A program made the position numbers and the translations under genes. A stretch of DNA of 64,000 bases from Macrostomum lignano (Eukaryota). Under the pieces are notes generated by a model that made no database searches, was not told the DNA's origin, and saw only the letters and a list, made by a program, of their open reading frames with translations. Each line of letters opens with the position of its first letter. Position 1 is the first letter of the stretch. Positions 39,601-46,589 of this stretch are shown here, in pieces. Location of the stretch: contig NIVC01002299.1 in assembly GCA_002269645.1 (NCBI GenBank), positions 62,001-126,000 of the forward strand, read 5' to 3'.

Positions 39601-42600
39601 GCATCTCGGCATTGCTCAATTAGGGAGCGTAGTGTCCTTGTACTTTAGCTGTCCATGACTCATGGTTTTTGGCTAAGCTTGTGGAATTTTTAAACAGTTG
39701 AAACACAGCGGAGGCACTCACGGCGTCAATGAGATCCTGCAGGGTCGGCACGACGCCGGCCACGAAGTTGAAATTCATCACGTGCTCCGAGTCGACTTTT
39801 TGAATTGTGTACGCGTCGTCATAGCGACGATCGAAGCAGCACGTGATCTGCGGGATTTGTTTCGGTGACAAGCGGCGATTGATTTTATTCGGACTGAAAA
39901 AACAAACCACTCATAAATGCTAAACTTCCCGAACCCTGAGTTTCATAATTTTTTAAGTTAAAAATGTCCTCTGCCTGATTGACTTTTAGGCATTGCGAAA
40001 TTTCGAGTTAGTGAAGTTTAAGATTGGTGAAGTTTAGGATTAAGGAAGTTCAGGATTAATGAAGTTCAGGATTGGTGAAGTCTAGGATTGGTGAAGTTCA
40101 GGATTGGTGAAGTTCAGGATTGGTGAAGTTTAAGGTTAGTGAAGTTTAGGATTGGTGAAGTTCAGGATTGGTGAAGTTCAGGATTGGTGAAGTTTAAGGT
40201 TAGTGAAGTTTAGGATTGGTAAAGTTCAGGATTGGTGAAGTTCAGGATTGGTGAAGTTTAAGGTTAGTGAAGTTCAGGATTGGTGAAGTTCAGGATTGGT
40301 GAAGTTTAAGGTTAGTGAAGTTCAGGATTGGTGAAGTTCAGGATTGGTGAAGTTTAAGGTTAGTGAAGTTTAGGATTGGTGAAGTTCAGGATTGGTGAAG
40401 TCTAGGATTGGTGAAGTTTAAGGTTAGTGAAGTTCAGGATTGGTGAAGTTCAGGATTGGTAAAGTTCAGGATTGGTGAAGTTTAGGATTGGTGAAGTTTA
40501 GGATTGGTGAAGTTTAGGATTGGTGAAGTTTAATATCGGTGAAGTTTAGTATTAGAGAAGTTTAGGATTAGTGAAGTTTAGGATTGGTGAAGTTTAGGAT
40601 TGGTGAAGTTTAGGATTGGTGAAGTTTAGGATTGGTGAAGCCTCCATCTGAGCGGTGCTACTAAGCGAAGGGTCACACCAGTCGTCACAGTTGACACCCC
40701 AGATCCGCTCACCTCTCGGAGCTCACCGCCATCCCATCGAAGAGCTCGCATTGATTTCTCATCCTCCATGTTGAGGAACTCCTTCCTCTGGTATGATTTG
40801 TCTGTTGCGTGAAAAAAGCCGACCATTTGTCAAGTAAGTAAGATGCTTGGGTGCTATTCTAATTAAAACATTGTCTAAAAACTATTAGGCAAGCTAGCGG
40901 TTTCTACTGAACTCAGACCAATCGAAGAAATTGAAGAAATCGTTCAGTTCAACACCTTTAATCGCGTGCAGCCAGCAGCCAGTGATGACGTGCTCAATTC
41001 GAGCATAGCTTTCGAACTTGAGCTCTGGCGAGTCCTGCAGCACCGGGTGCATCTTGAACACCGTGTGCGGATCGGTGGCATCCTCGGTAAGCGTCACCGA
41101 ATAGGCCTCGCTAGCCTGCTTCACGCACAGGTATTTCCTAGTGGTGGCGTGCCGGAACCGGAACTGCTGGTCCCAGGTCAGCACCTCGCCATCGAGCACG
41201 GTGCTCTCCGGCTCTACCTGCCAGTAGGTGACTGCCGAGGTCGACGAGTGCAGAGTGCGCGGGTTCAGCTGGTCGATTTCGCGAATTCGAAGGTGAACTA
41301 CAAAGCGGGTGAGCGTTCATTTTAACACTGAGTCACTACCTGCTAATTAGTACATGTTTAAGCAGCCGCCTCACCGTCCTCAGTGACGTCCTGGTCAAAC
41401 AGGCCCTCGGCAACAACATAGGCCTCCAGTTCCTTGTGGAACAGTTGAACAAACTGTCCACCCTGCAGACATTTTGTGGCATTGCATATTGGAAGTGCAT
41501 TCAGACTGTATTTTTGAAAGCGACCACTTTTTACCACTGTACTGACAGGGAAAACTTTCACAGAAATTGTACCGAATTGATAGGTGAAATTCTGTATCAA
41601 ATCAAATATGTTTGGGGCGACACGATGTGGCAGTTTATGTGCTGAAAGCGTTTGGTATGATAATGAAACATTTTTCTCACATGATGAAGACGAGTCGTGC
41701 TCTCAATGCTAACAGTCGGATTATTCAGACCGCAGAGACCGTTGATGCTAACAGTTCAAGGCTGCTAAGTTAATGCTGTTCTCATACTAATAAAGCATTG
41801 ACAACTCACTAAGCATGAACGATACTAAACGCATTATAACAAATGATTAATAAACTGGTATTCCAGTTCTGCTAAATTGCTGTGTTTCAACATTCTACAA
41901 GTCGAAGTTCAGCATGATCTAAGTTGAGTTGACTGTCTCTGTATGTGACTAGACGAGTACATTACTCATCCACGCCCTTAGATAAATGTAGATTTAGACT
42001 TTTTTGTACGCCCAATGTTATATTTGTTATAGAGCTTACGTAAACAGTAAAAGCAAGCATTAGAAAGAAAGTACTGAAGCAACCCTCACCCTTGCATAGG
42101 CTTCGTGATTGCCGCTAAAGCCGTGAGACTTAATAATGGTAAATCCCGTCTGTTCGACGCCCAGGTTCAGCTCAGACCTGCGCAGGCATAGAAAAGTTGC
42201 TGATATTTCGATGTTTTGCTTTGCTATTTTTTACAATGTGAGAGTCCTATTTTGAGCTGACGCCGCCATCAACTTACACAAAAGTCGGCCTGGATTCTGG
42301 GCCAATCTTAAAGCCCTTGCTGGAGTGGAAGTAGTGCCCAGGACTTTTGATTGACTCCAACGAGATCTGGTCCAGCAGTTGAACCTGACGGAATAGCAAA
42401 CGATGCTTTATTAGTATCACGGAACTGTGCACTCGGCCATAGACAATAAAGCAATGGTGCTTTATTAGTATCCCGGAACTGTGCACTCGGCCATAGACAA
42501 TAAAGCAATGGTGCTTTATTAGTATCCCGGAACTGTGCACTCGGCCATAGACAATAAAGCAATGGTGCTTTATTAGTATCCCGGAACTGTGCACTCGGCC

Positions 42601-45600
42601 ATAGACAATAAAGCAATGGTGCTTTATTAGTATCCCGGAACTGTGCACTCGGCCATAGACAATAAAGCAATGGTGCTTTATTAGTATCCCGGAACTGTGC
42701 ACTCGGCCATAGACAATAAAGCAATGGTGCTTTATTAGTATCCTGGAACTGTGCACTCGGCCATAGACAATAAAGCAATGGTGCTTTATTAGTATCCCGG
42801 AACTGTGCACTCGGCCATAGACAATAAAGCAATGGTGCTTTATTAGTATCCCGGAACTGTGCACTCGGCCATAGACAATAAAGCCATGGCCCTTTATTAT
42901 CGCGGAACTGCGTACTCTGCTATAGACAATAAAGCCATGACCCTTTATTATCGCGGAACTGCGTACTCTGCTATAGACAATAAAGCCATGACCCTTTATT
43001 ATCGCGGAACTGTGCACTCTGCCATAGACAATAAAGTCATGATGCTGTATACATGATGCTCTCCCACAGACTGCAGGCCAAGCCAAGCTTTTCAAGGCTC
43101 TCCTCTCAGGTTAAAAGACAATCAAGTAGAGAATTTTAAAGCAAGCATTCTGGCCGCAGAACTTCATGCTGCCAATTTTGGTGCGTGGGGCACACGAACT
43201 TCACAAAGGTGGCATCAATCTTATTCGACTACAGAAGAAACATTCCAGACTGGGATCGTATGATACAGAGCAAAATCTGTCCAGATTAAACCTGAAAAAG
43301 AGAAAATTTATTCGGTCACTCACGTGTTCACCCTCGGATTTGACTTTGTAGCGAGGCAAAATTCTAAACTGGGCATTCTTGGAGTTGTACTCGTGTAGGG
43401 ACAGCTGAAAATAGTGGAGGTTCTCGCTTTTTGTAACTCTCATTTAGGAGCAATAAAATACAGTAAAGTCAACCCACTCACCAGCATGTTATTCTTGTCG
43501 TGCTGACTCGTATGGTTGGTGTTCACGTGGACATATTTGCCGGTGAACACGTGCTTCAGCTGCAATTCGAATGTGCAGTGGTTTAGCGTTCTGGTTCAAG
43601 TAGCAAGTCAGTAGCCTCACTGCTTCCAGACTAATTGATTTATGCGATTCTATCATCGCAAATACCTGATGACTGAGAAAGTTGCACAGTTCTGATTAAA
43701 ATACAACTGTATAACACATTTTTCTAATGAAAAGTGCATTAACTCGTCGAATTAGGAATTGCCTACTTATTAATGCGATACATGAATTCTTAAAGTTTTG
43801 ATGATTTTAGAATTTCTTTTGACAAATGATTGAAATTGATTAATATAAATTAAAAAATCTGCGAAAAAGATGCAAGAACTCAGACTCAAAGCTACCTGAA
43901 CAATCTCAGTGAACTCAGACTCAAAGCTACCTGAACAATATCAGTAAACTCAGACTCAAAGCTACCTGAACAATCTCAGTAACTCAGACTCAAAGCTACC
44001 TGAACAATATCAGTGAACTCAGACTCAAAGCTACCTGAACAATCTCAGTGAACTCAGACTCAAAGCTACCTGAACAATCTCAGTAACTCAGACTCAAAGC
44101 TACCTGAACAATATCAGTGAACTCAGACTCAAAGCTACCTGAACAATCTCAGTAAACTCAGACTCAAAGCTACCTGAACAATCTCAGTGAACTCAGACTC
44201 AAAGCTACCTGAACAATCTCAGTGAACTCAGACTTAAAGCTACCTGAACAATCTCCCCGTAGCGAACCCTCTTGCCGAGGTTCCGGCGCTGCTCGGCCAT
44301 ATTGTCCACATTCTCAGCTGAGGCGGCATTCCTTGCCTGCTCAATGTGCAGCCTCAGGTCGAAATCGTTCTCAGCAATTTGCTGCTCCGGCTGCTCCGGC
44401 TGCGTTAACGGGGAAGTTTCTGTTGTCTGCTGCTGCTGCGGCTGCTGCTGGCTTGCAGCTGAAGCCGCTGCCTGCCTGTTAGAAGCAACCGCCTTGCGAT
44501 ATTTCTTGTCCAACTTGTACCGATTCTGGATGCACACTTGGAACAGCAGCACTGCATTTTCAATGGAGAAGTAGTGGGTGAGCGCGGAAGCTGTCAGATT
44601 CCCTGTCCCCAGCAGCTGTAGCCCCTCTATCAAATGCCCGGCATCGCCCACTAATAGGAAAATGCACATGCTATCTGGGGCATGCTGACTTACCCTGAGG
44701 ATCTGGGATATTGACTGGCCGGTCTCTATGACAACTGTGGTACACAAATAGTCCATTGAAAGCGGCGCTGCAAAGTATCAGTTGGAGGCGGTTTATGGCA
44801 TTGTTTAACCGTTCATGGAAGCAGACTTATTTGAGTAGTTAAAGAGTTTTGCTCAAATCTTTTTTAGATTCTTTCAGATCTTTAGCCATTATAAAATAAT
44901 TAACGTAAATTCTAAAGTAAGATTTTGCATGTGTCTAGAAATGAGATGAAGGTCTGATAATTCTGGATTGTGACTGATCATTTTAGATTGTGACTGATCA
45001 TTCTGGATTGTGACTGATCATTTTAGATTATGACTGATCATTCTGGATTGTGACTGATCATTTTAGATTGTGACTGATCATTCTGGATTGTAACTGATCA
45101 TTTTAGATTATGACTGATCATTCTGGATTGTGACTGATCATTTTAGATTATGACTGATCATTCTGGATTGTGACTGATCATTTTAGATTATGACTGATCA
45201 TTCTCGATTGTGACTGATCATTTTAGATTATGACTGATCATTCTGGATTGTGACTGATCATTTTAGATTATGACTGATCATTCTGGATTGTGACTGATCA
45301 TTTTAGATTATGACTGATCATTCTGGATTGTGACTGATCATTTTAGATTATGACTGATCATTCTCGATTGTGACTGATCATTTTAGATTATGACTGATCA
45401 TTCTGGATTGTGACTGATCATTTTAGATTATGACTGATCATTCTGGATTGTGACTGATCATTTTAGATTATGACTGATCATTCTCAGGCAGCTATGATCA
45501 GGCAGCAATGCAGTATGATCAGGCAACAATACAGCATGATCAGGCAACAATACAGCATGATCAGGCAGCAATACAGTATGATCAGGCAACAATACAGCAT

Positions 45601-45917
45601 GATCAGGCAACAATACTGTATGATCAGGCAACAATACAGTATGATCAGGCAACAATACAGCATGATCAGGCAACAATACAGTATGATCAGGCAACAATAC
45701 TGTATGATCAGGCAACAATAATACAGTATGATCAGGCAGCAATCATTCGCTAATCGGTGCCAGCTCACCAGGAGTTCTGCGAGAACACGTGACCGTCGGT
45801 GTCTTCACAGTAAAGCCCGATGTAGTCGCCGATGCACACGAAGCCGGAGTTCATGTCGCCCTGGCTGATGCCCGTGTCGATAGCCGCAGCTGCTGCTCCT
45901 GCTGCCGCAGACGCCAT
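3539..45917 (-). CDS. ITPR: Inositol 1,4,5-trisphosphate receptor-like Ca2+ release channel, 46 coding exons, ~2786 aa (one 1-nt frameshift in exon 19)
   Basis: Exons joined by hand with consistent phases total 8360 nt (+1 missing base = 2787 codons). Family motifs appear in the expected order: N-terminal [24 protein letters not shown]-type [41 protein letters not shown]-associated [28 protein letters not shown] region, pore LRFGLIGD, S6 [17 protein letters not shown], and zinc finger CFIC...[11 protein letters not shown]. Confidence 0.95.
3680..3985. repeat. Minisatellite cccagatcctcagttgctggg(ccacag)c in the last ITPR intron
   Basis: Tandem units with a cccag/ctggg internal inverted pair. 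Confidence 0.9.
4028..4306 (-). CDS. ITPR: ITPR-like exon 45 (C-terminal tail)
   Basis: [18 protein letters not shown]...LSVPD|GTGAGC; if unspliced, reads to a stop at 3986. Confidence 0.8.
4657..4794 (-). CDS. ITPR: ITPR-like exon 44
   Basis: [17 protein letters not shown]...[19 protein letters not shown]|GTTAGC. Confidence 0.9.
4915..5350. repeat. ~27-bp G-rich minisatellite gctggcggagtgaggggtgtggagggg
   Basis: Tandem copies in intron 43. Confidence 0.9.
5419..5626 (-). CDS. ITPR: ITPR-like exon 43 (C2H2 zinc finger/linker)
   Basis: [35 protein letters not shown]. Confidence 0.95.
5666..5890. repeat. 17-bp G-rich minisatellite gaggagtgaggggtgtg
   Basis: Fills intron 42; shares a core with the 4915-5350 array. 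Confidence 0.9.
5901..6043 (-). CDS. ITPR: ITPR-like exon 42 (S6)
   Basis: [29 protein letters not shown]. Confidence 0.95.
6193..6371 (-). CDS. ITPR: ITPR-like exon 41 (S5 and pore helix)
   Basis: [22 protein letters not shown]...[22 protein letters not shown]|GTGAGC. Confidence 0.93.
6485..7135. repeat. 20-bp minisatellite gttagagagtgacattccat
   Basis: About 32 copies in intron 40. Confidence 0.92.
7208..7596 (-). CDS. ITPR: ITPR-like exon 40 (TM helices)
   Basis: ...[47 protein letters not shown]|GTGAGC. Confidence 0.93.
7625..7900. repeat. 21-bp minisatellite catgatgcaacaacacgatca
   Basis: Fills intron 39; source of the spurious MMQQHDH ORF. Confidence 0.92.
7914..8233 (-). CDS. ITPR: ITPR-like exon 39 (start of TM region)
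   Basis: [30 protein letters not shown]...[20 protein letters not shown]. Confidence 0.92.
8300..8780 (+). repeat. 7-bp satellite (cccaata/cccgata)n in intron 38
   Basis: Tandem heptamers; reverse complement of the 9310-10050 array. Confidence 0.95.
8845..8963 (-). CDS. ITPR: ITPR-like exon 38
   Basis: [40 protein letters not shown]|GTTAGT. Confidence 0.9.
9310..10050 (-). repeat. 7-bp satellite (tattggg/tatcggg)n in intron 37
   Basis: Same family as 8300-8780 in the opposite orientation. Confidence 0.95.
10725..10833 (-). CDS. ITPR: ITPR-like exon 37
   Basis: [37 protein letters not shown]|GTGACT. Confidence 0.85.
10905..12060. repeat. 28-bp minisatellite ctactaagccgctaatccagcccacact
   Basis: About 40 copies in intron 36. 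Confidence 0.93.
12080..12376 (-). CDS. ITPR: ITPR-like exon 36
   Basis: [23 protein letters not shown]...[10 protein letters not shown]...RRLL|GTGAGC. Confidence 0.92.
12949..13012 (+). mobile_element. ~65-bp interspersed hairpin element, copy 1
   Basis: catgtacattcttagtagcgctggctaatgtacattgaggctgcaccaatag; also at 24069-24133 (-) and 54128-54192 (+). Confidence 0.7.
13318..13596 (-). CDS. ITPR: ITPR-like exon 35 (RIH-associated domain)
   Basis: [42 protein letters not shown]...VNEFCA|GTAAGA; NAGNAG acceptor. Confidence 0.95.
13612..15200. repeat. 24-bp minisatellite gtgtacatgacagtgtgtgtcaca
   Basis: About 65 copies filling intron 34; contains a TGTACA palindrome and a tgaca/tgtca hairpin. 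Confidence 0.95.
15242..15460 (-). CDS. ITPR: ITPR-like exon 34 (low-complexity linker, phase 0/0)
   Basis: [17 protein letters not shown]...(GSNG)x3...GTDRM|GTGTGT. Confidence 0.7.
17230..17735. repeat. 9/12/21-bp catgaact(cact) minisatellite
   Basis: Begins at the exon 33 donor. Confidence 0.92.
17737..18091 (-). CDS. ITPR: ITPR-like exon 33
   Basis: [13 protein letters not shown]...[17 protein letters not shown]...[13 protein letters not shown]...GVKALQ|GTGAGT. Confidence 0.92.
18135..19340. repeat. 14/18-bp caaccaacacac(t/c)g minisatellite with higher-order blocks
   Basis: Fills intron 32; a caatcaacacaaattaca marker recurs at roughly 186-bp spacing in part of the array. Confidence 0.92.
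19412..19606 (-). CDS. ITPR: ITPR-like exon 32
   Basis: ITAVSST...[33 protein letters not shown]|GTCAGT (phase 2 is required by exon 33). Confidence 0.85.
19655..20095. repeat. 45-bp minisatellite gagttggtgacagatttctgtcaggtgttttccctgtctataagc
   Basis: About 10 copies; internal tgacag/ctgtca hairpin. Confidence 0.92.
20590..20830. repeat. GA-rich low-complexity purine tract
   Basis: Degenerate (GA)n / GGAGA. Confidence 0.7.
21195..21917 (-). CDS. Intron-nested 240-aa acidic, Ser/Asp-rich ORF (unknown product) in ITPR intron 31
   Basis: Non-repetitive, GC-rich open frame in AT-rich flanks; TATAAATA at 22095-22102 and AATAAA at 20916-20921 on the same strand; not needed for the ITPR exon 31-32 junction. 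Confidence 0.55.
   Translation of the reverse strand: MSEASLPAQQNAAEPSDESSSSSASIRTIGNILVSAPETAVTELLCGASLCIRPGRRGAKQMLGSIISARAFDLTEVGQAPGLEREYAEEHDLPTVLDDCPDDISDDTSIGSDTDSIDEVGARGSSSAAETTIIVDIDENEGDDCTTITAGTIIEDSGSTPPGSTIGLRSPQPKEADLSVQIEKAVHRSLLKSIRDTSVLGTQSKKQTMLSASRAANSLFSFENDQCDENYLQELLKFDF
22138..22322. mobile_element. Short MITE-like element with CAG(G/C)GGCGGA termini
   Basis: cagcggcggacccag ... ctcggtccgcccctg imperfect 15-bp TIR; no TSD found. Confidence 0.4.
22410..22597. repeat. 16-bp G-rich minisatellite ggaggaggcaggtggg
   Basis: About 11 copies near the exon 31 donor. Confidence 0.9.
22639..22777 (-). CDS. ITPR: ITPR-like exon 31
   Basis: [24 protein letters not shown]...LLVNGL CG|GTGAGG. 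Confidence 0.88.
23301..23430 (-). CDS. ITPR: ITPR-like exon 30
   Basis: [44 protein letters not shown]|GTGAGG. Confidence 0.85.
23537..23608 (-). CDS. ITPR: ITPR-like exon 29
   Basis: [24 protein letters not shown]|GTAAGT. Confidence 0.8.
24069..24133 (-). mobile_element. ~65-bp interspersed hairpin element, copy 2
   Basis: Reverse complement near-identical to copy 1. Confidence 0.7.
24259..24556. mobile_element. 298-bp MITE with ~105-bp TIRs and 8-bp TSD (P or hAT superfamily type)
   Basis: Ends CATGGAGGAAAG...CTTTCCTCCATG; GGAAAGAC duplicated at 24251-24258 and 24557-24564. Confidence 0.85.
24758..25037 (-). CDS. ITPR: ITPR-like exon 28
   Basis: [35 protein letters not shown]...RKSSHRPT|GTGAGC. 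Confidence 0.9.
25385..25468 (-). CDS. ITPR: ITPR-like exon 27 (symmetric phase 2/2, possibly optional)
   Basis: aatttcag|[30 protein letters not shown]|GTACGA; skipping it keeps the frame. Confidence 0.5.
25728..25847 (-). CDS. ITPR: ITPR-like exon 26
   Basis: [41 protein letters not shown]|GTGAGA. Confidence 0.82.
29110..29382 (-). CDS. ITPR: ITPR-like exon 25 (RIH domain)
   Basis: [28 protein letters not shown]...[13 protein letters not shown]. Confidence 0.93.
29663..30122 (-). CDS. ITPR: ITPR-like exon 24
   Basis: [10 protein letters not shown]...[14 protein letters not shown]...[14 protein letters not shown]...TKD CG|GTAAGG. Confidence 0.92.
30185..30362. repeat. Degenerate ggagtgaggtgggtgga repeat
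   Basis: Related to the 4915 and 5666 G-rich arrays. Confidence 0.75.
30814..31126 (-). CDS. ITPR: ITPR-like exon 23
   Basis: [18 protein letters not shown]...[15 protein letters not shown]|GTGAGT. Confidence 0.9.
31214..31316 (-). CDS. ITPR: ITPR-like exon 22
   Basis: [34 protein letters not shown]|GTAAGC. Confidence 0.85.
31514..31629 (-). CDS. ITPR: ITPR-like exon 21
   Basis: [40 protein letters not shown]|GTGAGT. Confidence 0.85.
32139..32293 (-). CDS. ITPR: ITPR-like exon 20
   Basis: [18 protein letters not shown]...[22 protein letters not shown]|GTGAGT. Confidence 0.88.
32640..32897 (-). CDS. ITPR: ITPR-like exon 19 (contains 1-nt frameshift near 32716-32721)
   Basis: [16 protein letters not shown]...[17 protein letters not shown], then in the shifted frame [27 protein letters not shown]|GTGAGA. 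Confidence 0.85.
33016..33363. repeat. 23-bp minisatellite gctagacttggtctccggatggg
   Basis: About 15 essentially identical copies. Confidence 0.95.
34345..34965. repeat. 21-bp minisatellite gtgattgtgtctctatcctct
   Basis: About 29 copies in intron 18. Confidence 0.92.
35006..35124 (-). CDS. ITPR: ITPR-like exon 18
   Basis: [39 protein letters not shown]|GTGAGT. Confidence 0.85.
35198..35330 (-). CDS. ITPR: ITPR-like exon 17
   Basis: [11 protein letters not shown]...[15 protein letters not shown]|GTAAAA. Confidence 0.9.
35485..36320. repeat. 24-bp minisatellite catgcgtcatccactacagcatgc
   Basis: About 34 copies filling intron 16. Confidence 0.93.
36323..36514 (-). CDS. ITPR: ITPR-like exon 16
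   Basis: [10 protein letters not shown]...[14 protein letters not shown]|GTGAGT. Confidence 0.9.
36763..36867 (-). CDS. ITPR: ITPR-like exon 15
   Basis: [35 protein letters not shown]|GTTAGT. Confidence 0.9.
37240..37362 (-). CDS. ITPR: ITPR-like exon 14
   Basis: [41 protein letters not shown]|GTGCGC. Confidence 0.9.
38335..38640. repeat. ~21-bp G-rich minisatellite ggggtggtgggggctggtgtt
   Basis: Tandem G-runs in intron 13. Confidence 0.9.
38753..38938 (-). CDS. ITPR: ITPR-like exon 13
   Basis: [12 protein letters not shown]...[24 protein letters not shown]|GTAAAT. Confidence 0.92.
39031..39162 (-). CDS. ITPR: ITPR-like exon 12
   Basis: RQIGRP...[15 protein letters not shown]|GTGAGC (IP3R RERQKLMRE equivalent). 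Confidence 0.9.
39340..39575. repeat. ~34-bp degenerate repeat aatccctaattagagatcccattatccagg
   Basis: About 6 diverged copies. Confidence 0.75.
39722..39847 (-). CDS. ITPR: ITPR-like exon 11
   Basis: [42 protein letters not shown]|GTGAGT. Confidence 0.88.
40005..40640. repeat. 16-bp minisatellite gaagttcaggattggt
   Basis: About 39 copies in intron 10. Confidence 0.92.
40713..40801 (-). CDS. ITPR: ITPR-like exon 10
   Basis: [29 protein letters not shown]|GTGAGC. Confidence 0.85.
40956..41297 (-). CDS. ITPR: ITPR-like exon 9 (MIR/beta-trefoil)
   Basis: HLRIREID...YWQVEPES...[16 protein letters not shown]...[15 protein letters not shown]. Confidence 0.9.
41375..41462 (-). CDS. ITPR: ITPR-like exon 8
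   Basis: [30 protein letters not shown]|GTGAGG. Confidence 0.9.
42090..42177 (-). CDS. ITPR: ITPR-like exon 7
   Basis: [29 protein letters not shown]|GTGAGG. Confidence 0.88.
42278..42384 (-). CDS. ITPR: ITPR-like exon 6
   Basis: [22 protein letters not shown]...; donor GT|GTAAGT. Confidence 0.88.
42404..43040. repeat. 54-bp minisatellite with gctttatt/aataaagc inverted arms
   Basis: About 12 copies in intron 5. Confidence 0.93.
43324..43404 (-). CDS. ITPR: ITPR-like exon 5
   Basis: [27 protein letters not shown]|GTGAGT. Confidence 0.9.
43482..43559 (-). CDS. ITPR: ITPR-like exon 4
   Basis: [26 protein letters not shown]|GTGAGT. Confidence 0.9.
43878..44256. repeat. 35-bp minisatellite containing the exon 3 donor junction
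   Basis: Unit gaactcagactcaaagctacctgaacaatctcagt, about 10 copies. Confidence 0.93.
44244..44551 (-). CDS. ITPR: ITPR-like exon 3
   Basis: [12 protein letters not shown]...[18 protein letters not shown]|GTAGC; suppressor domain. Confidence 0.88.
44694..44767 (-). CDS. ITPR: ITPR-like exon 2
   Basis: tttgcag|[26 protein letters not shown]|GTAAGT; phases 2/1 bridge exons 1 and 3. Confidence 0.8.
44960..45485. repeat. 40-bp dimeric (20+20) minisatellite ttctggattgtgactgatca/ttttagattatgactgatca
   Basis: Strict alternation of two 20-mers. Confidence 0.93.
45490..45745. repeat. 21-bp minisatellite gatcaggcaacaatacagtat
   Basis: Abuts the previous array in intron 1. Confidence 0.9.
45769..45917 (-). 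CDS. ITPR: ITPR-like exon 1 (start codon)
   Basis: MASAAAG...[26 protein letters not shown]; donor TG|GTGAGC. Confidence 0.85.
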
Positions 45918-46284
45918 CGGCTCTTGAGTCTGAGCAGCTCAAACTGAAGTGGGAGTTCACTGGCCGCTTCCCTCCGATCCCTGATTGGACCGATCCCAGT
46001 CGGAGCAGAGAGAAAAATAGGCAGTTTGAGATGAAGTCTATTAAGACAAAAATGGAACTCGAATCTCTTCTTTGACACGCCGTCTGTCTGCTACTGCTTC
46101 ACTTCTTTAACTTGAAATGGTTTCTTCTCTTTCTGTCCTCTCCCACCGTCCTTGCGTAGTTTTTGCTTTACATTAGCCAGCCAGGGCATTGGCTTGCTGG
46201 GGGCGCAGAGGTGGGCGCGGCCTTGTCAGGCTCGGCATGTTGGGTGGGGCAAAGCGCTGGAGGACGGCAGGCCGTACAGCTCAC

Positions 46285-46332
46285 CTGGATGCTGGGTGCC
46301 ATATTAAGAGATTTACAGGCAATAGGAAAGAG

Positions 46333-46388
<56 letters not shown>

Positions 46389-46500
46389 AAAGAGAAAACG
46401 GCTGATTTCAATTTTTGACAGCCAGCTGCAGCAGCCAGCCAACAAGCTGCGTTCTCTGCACAGAGTCACAGGGCCCTGTAGCCTAACCTGCCTTCTCACT
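46285..46500 (-). other. Possible non-coding 5' UTR exon of the ITPR-like gene
   Basis: Donor CAG|GTGAGC at 46284 and a pyrimidine tract with AGs at about 45950-46020, upstream of the ATG; 5' boundary unknown. Confidence 0.3.
46336..46386. repeat. (GA)n microsatellite
   Basis: Perfect dinucleotide run upstream of ITPR. Confidence 0.95.
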
Positions 46501-46589
46501 CAGTCCAAACTGAGTTTCCCCTCTCTCTCCCGGTCTACTGAGGCGCCTTTCCCGACTCTCTTCGGCTTGTCAAATTGGTGAACAGTGAC

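Noticed and set aside
44552-44756. N-terminal part of ORF 44205-44756 as coding
   Set aside because: Exon 2 is in a different frame, and the best phase-consistent acceptor is at 44551
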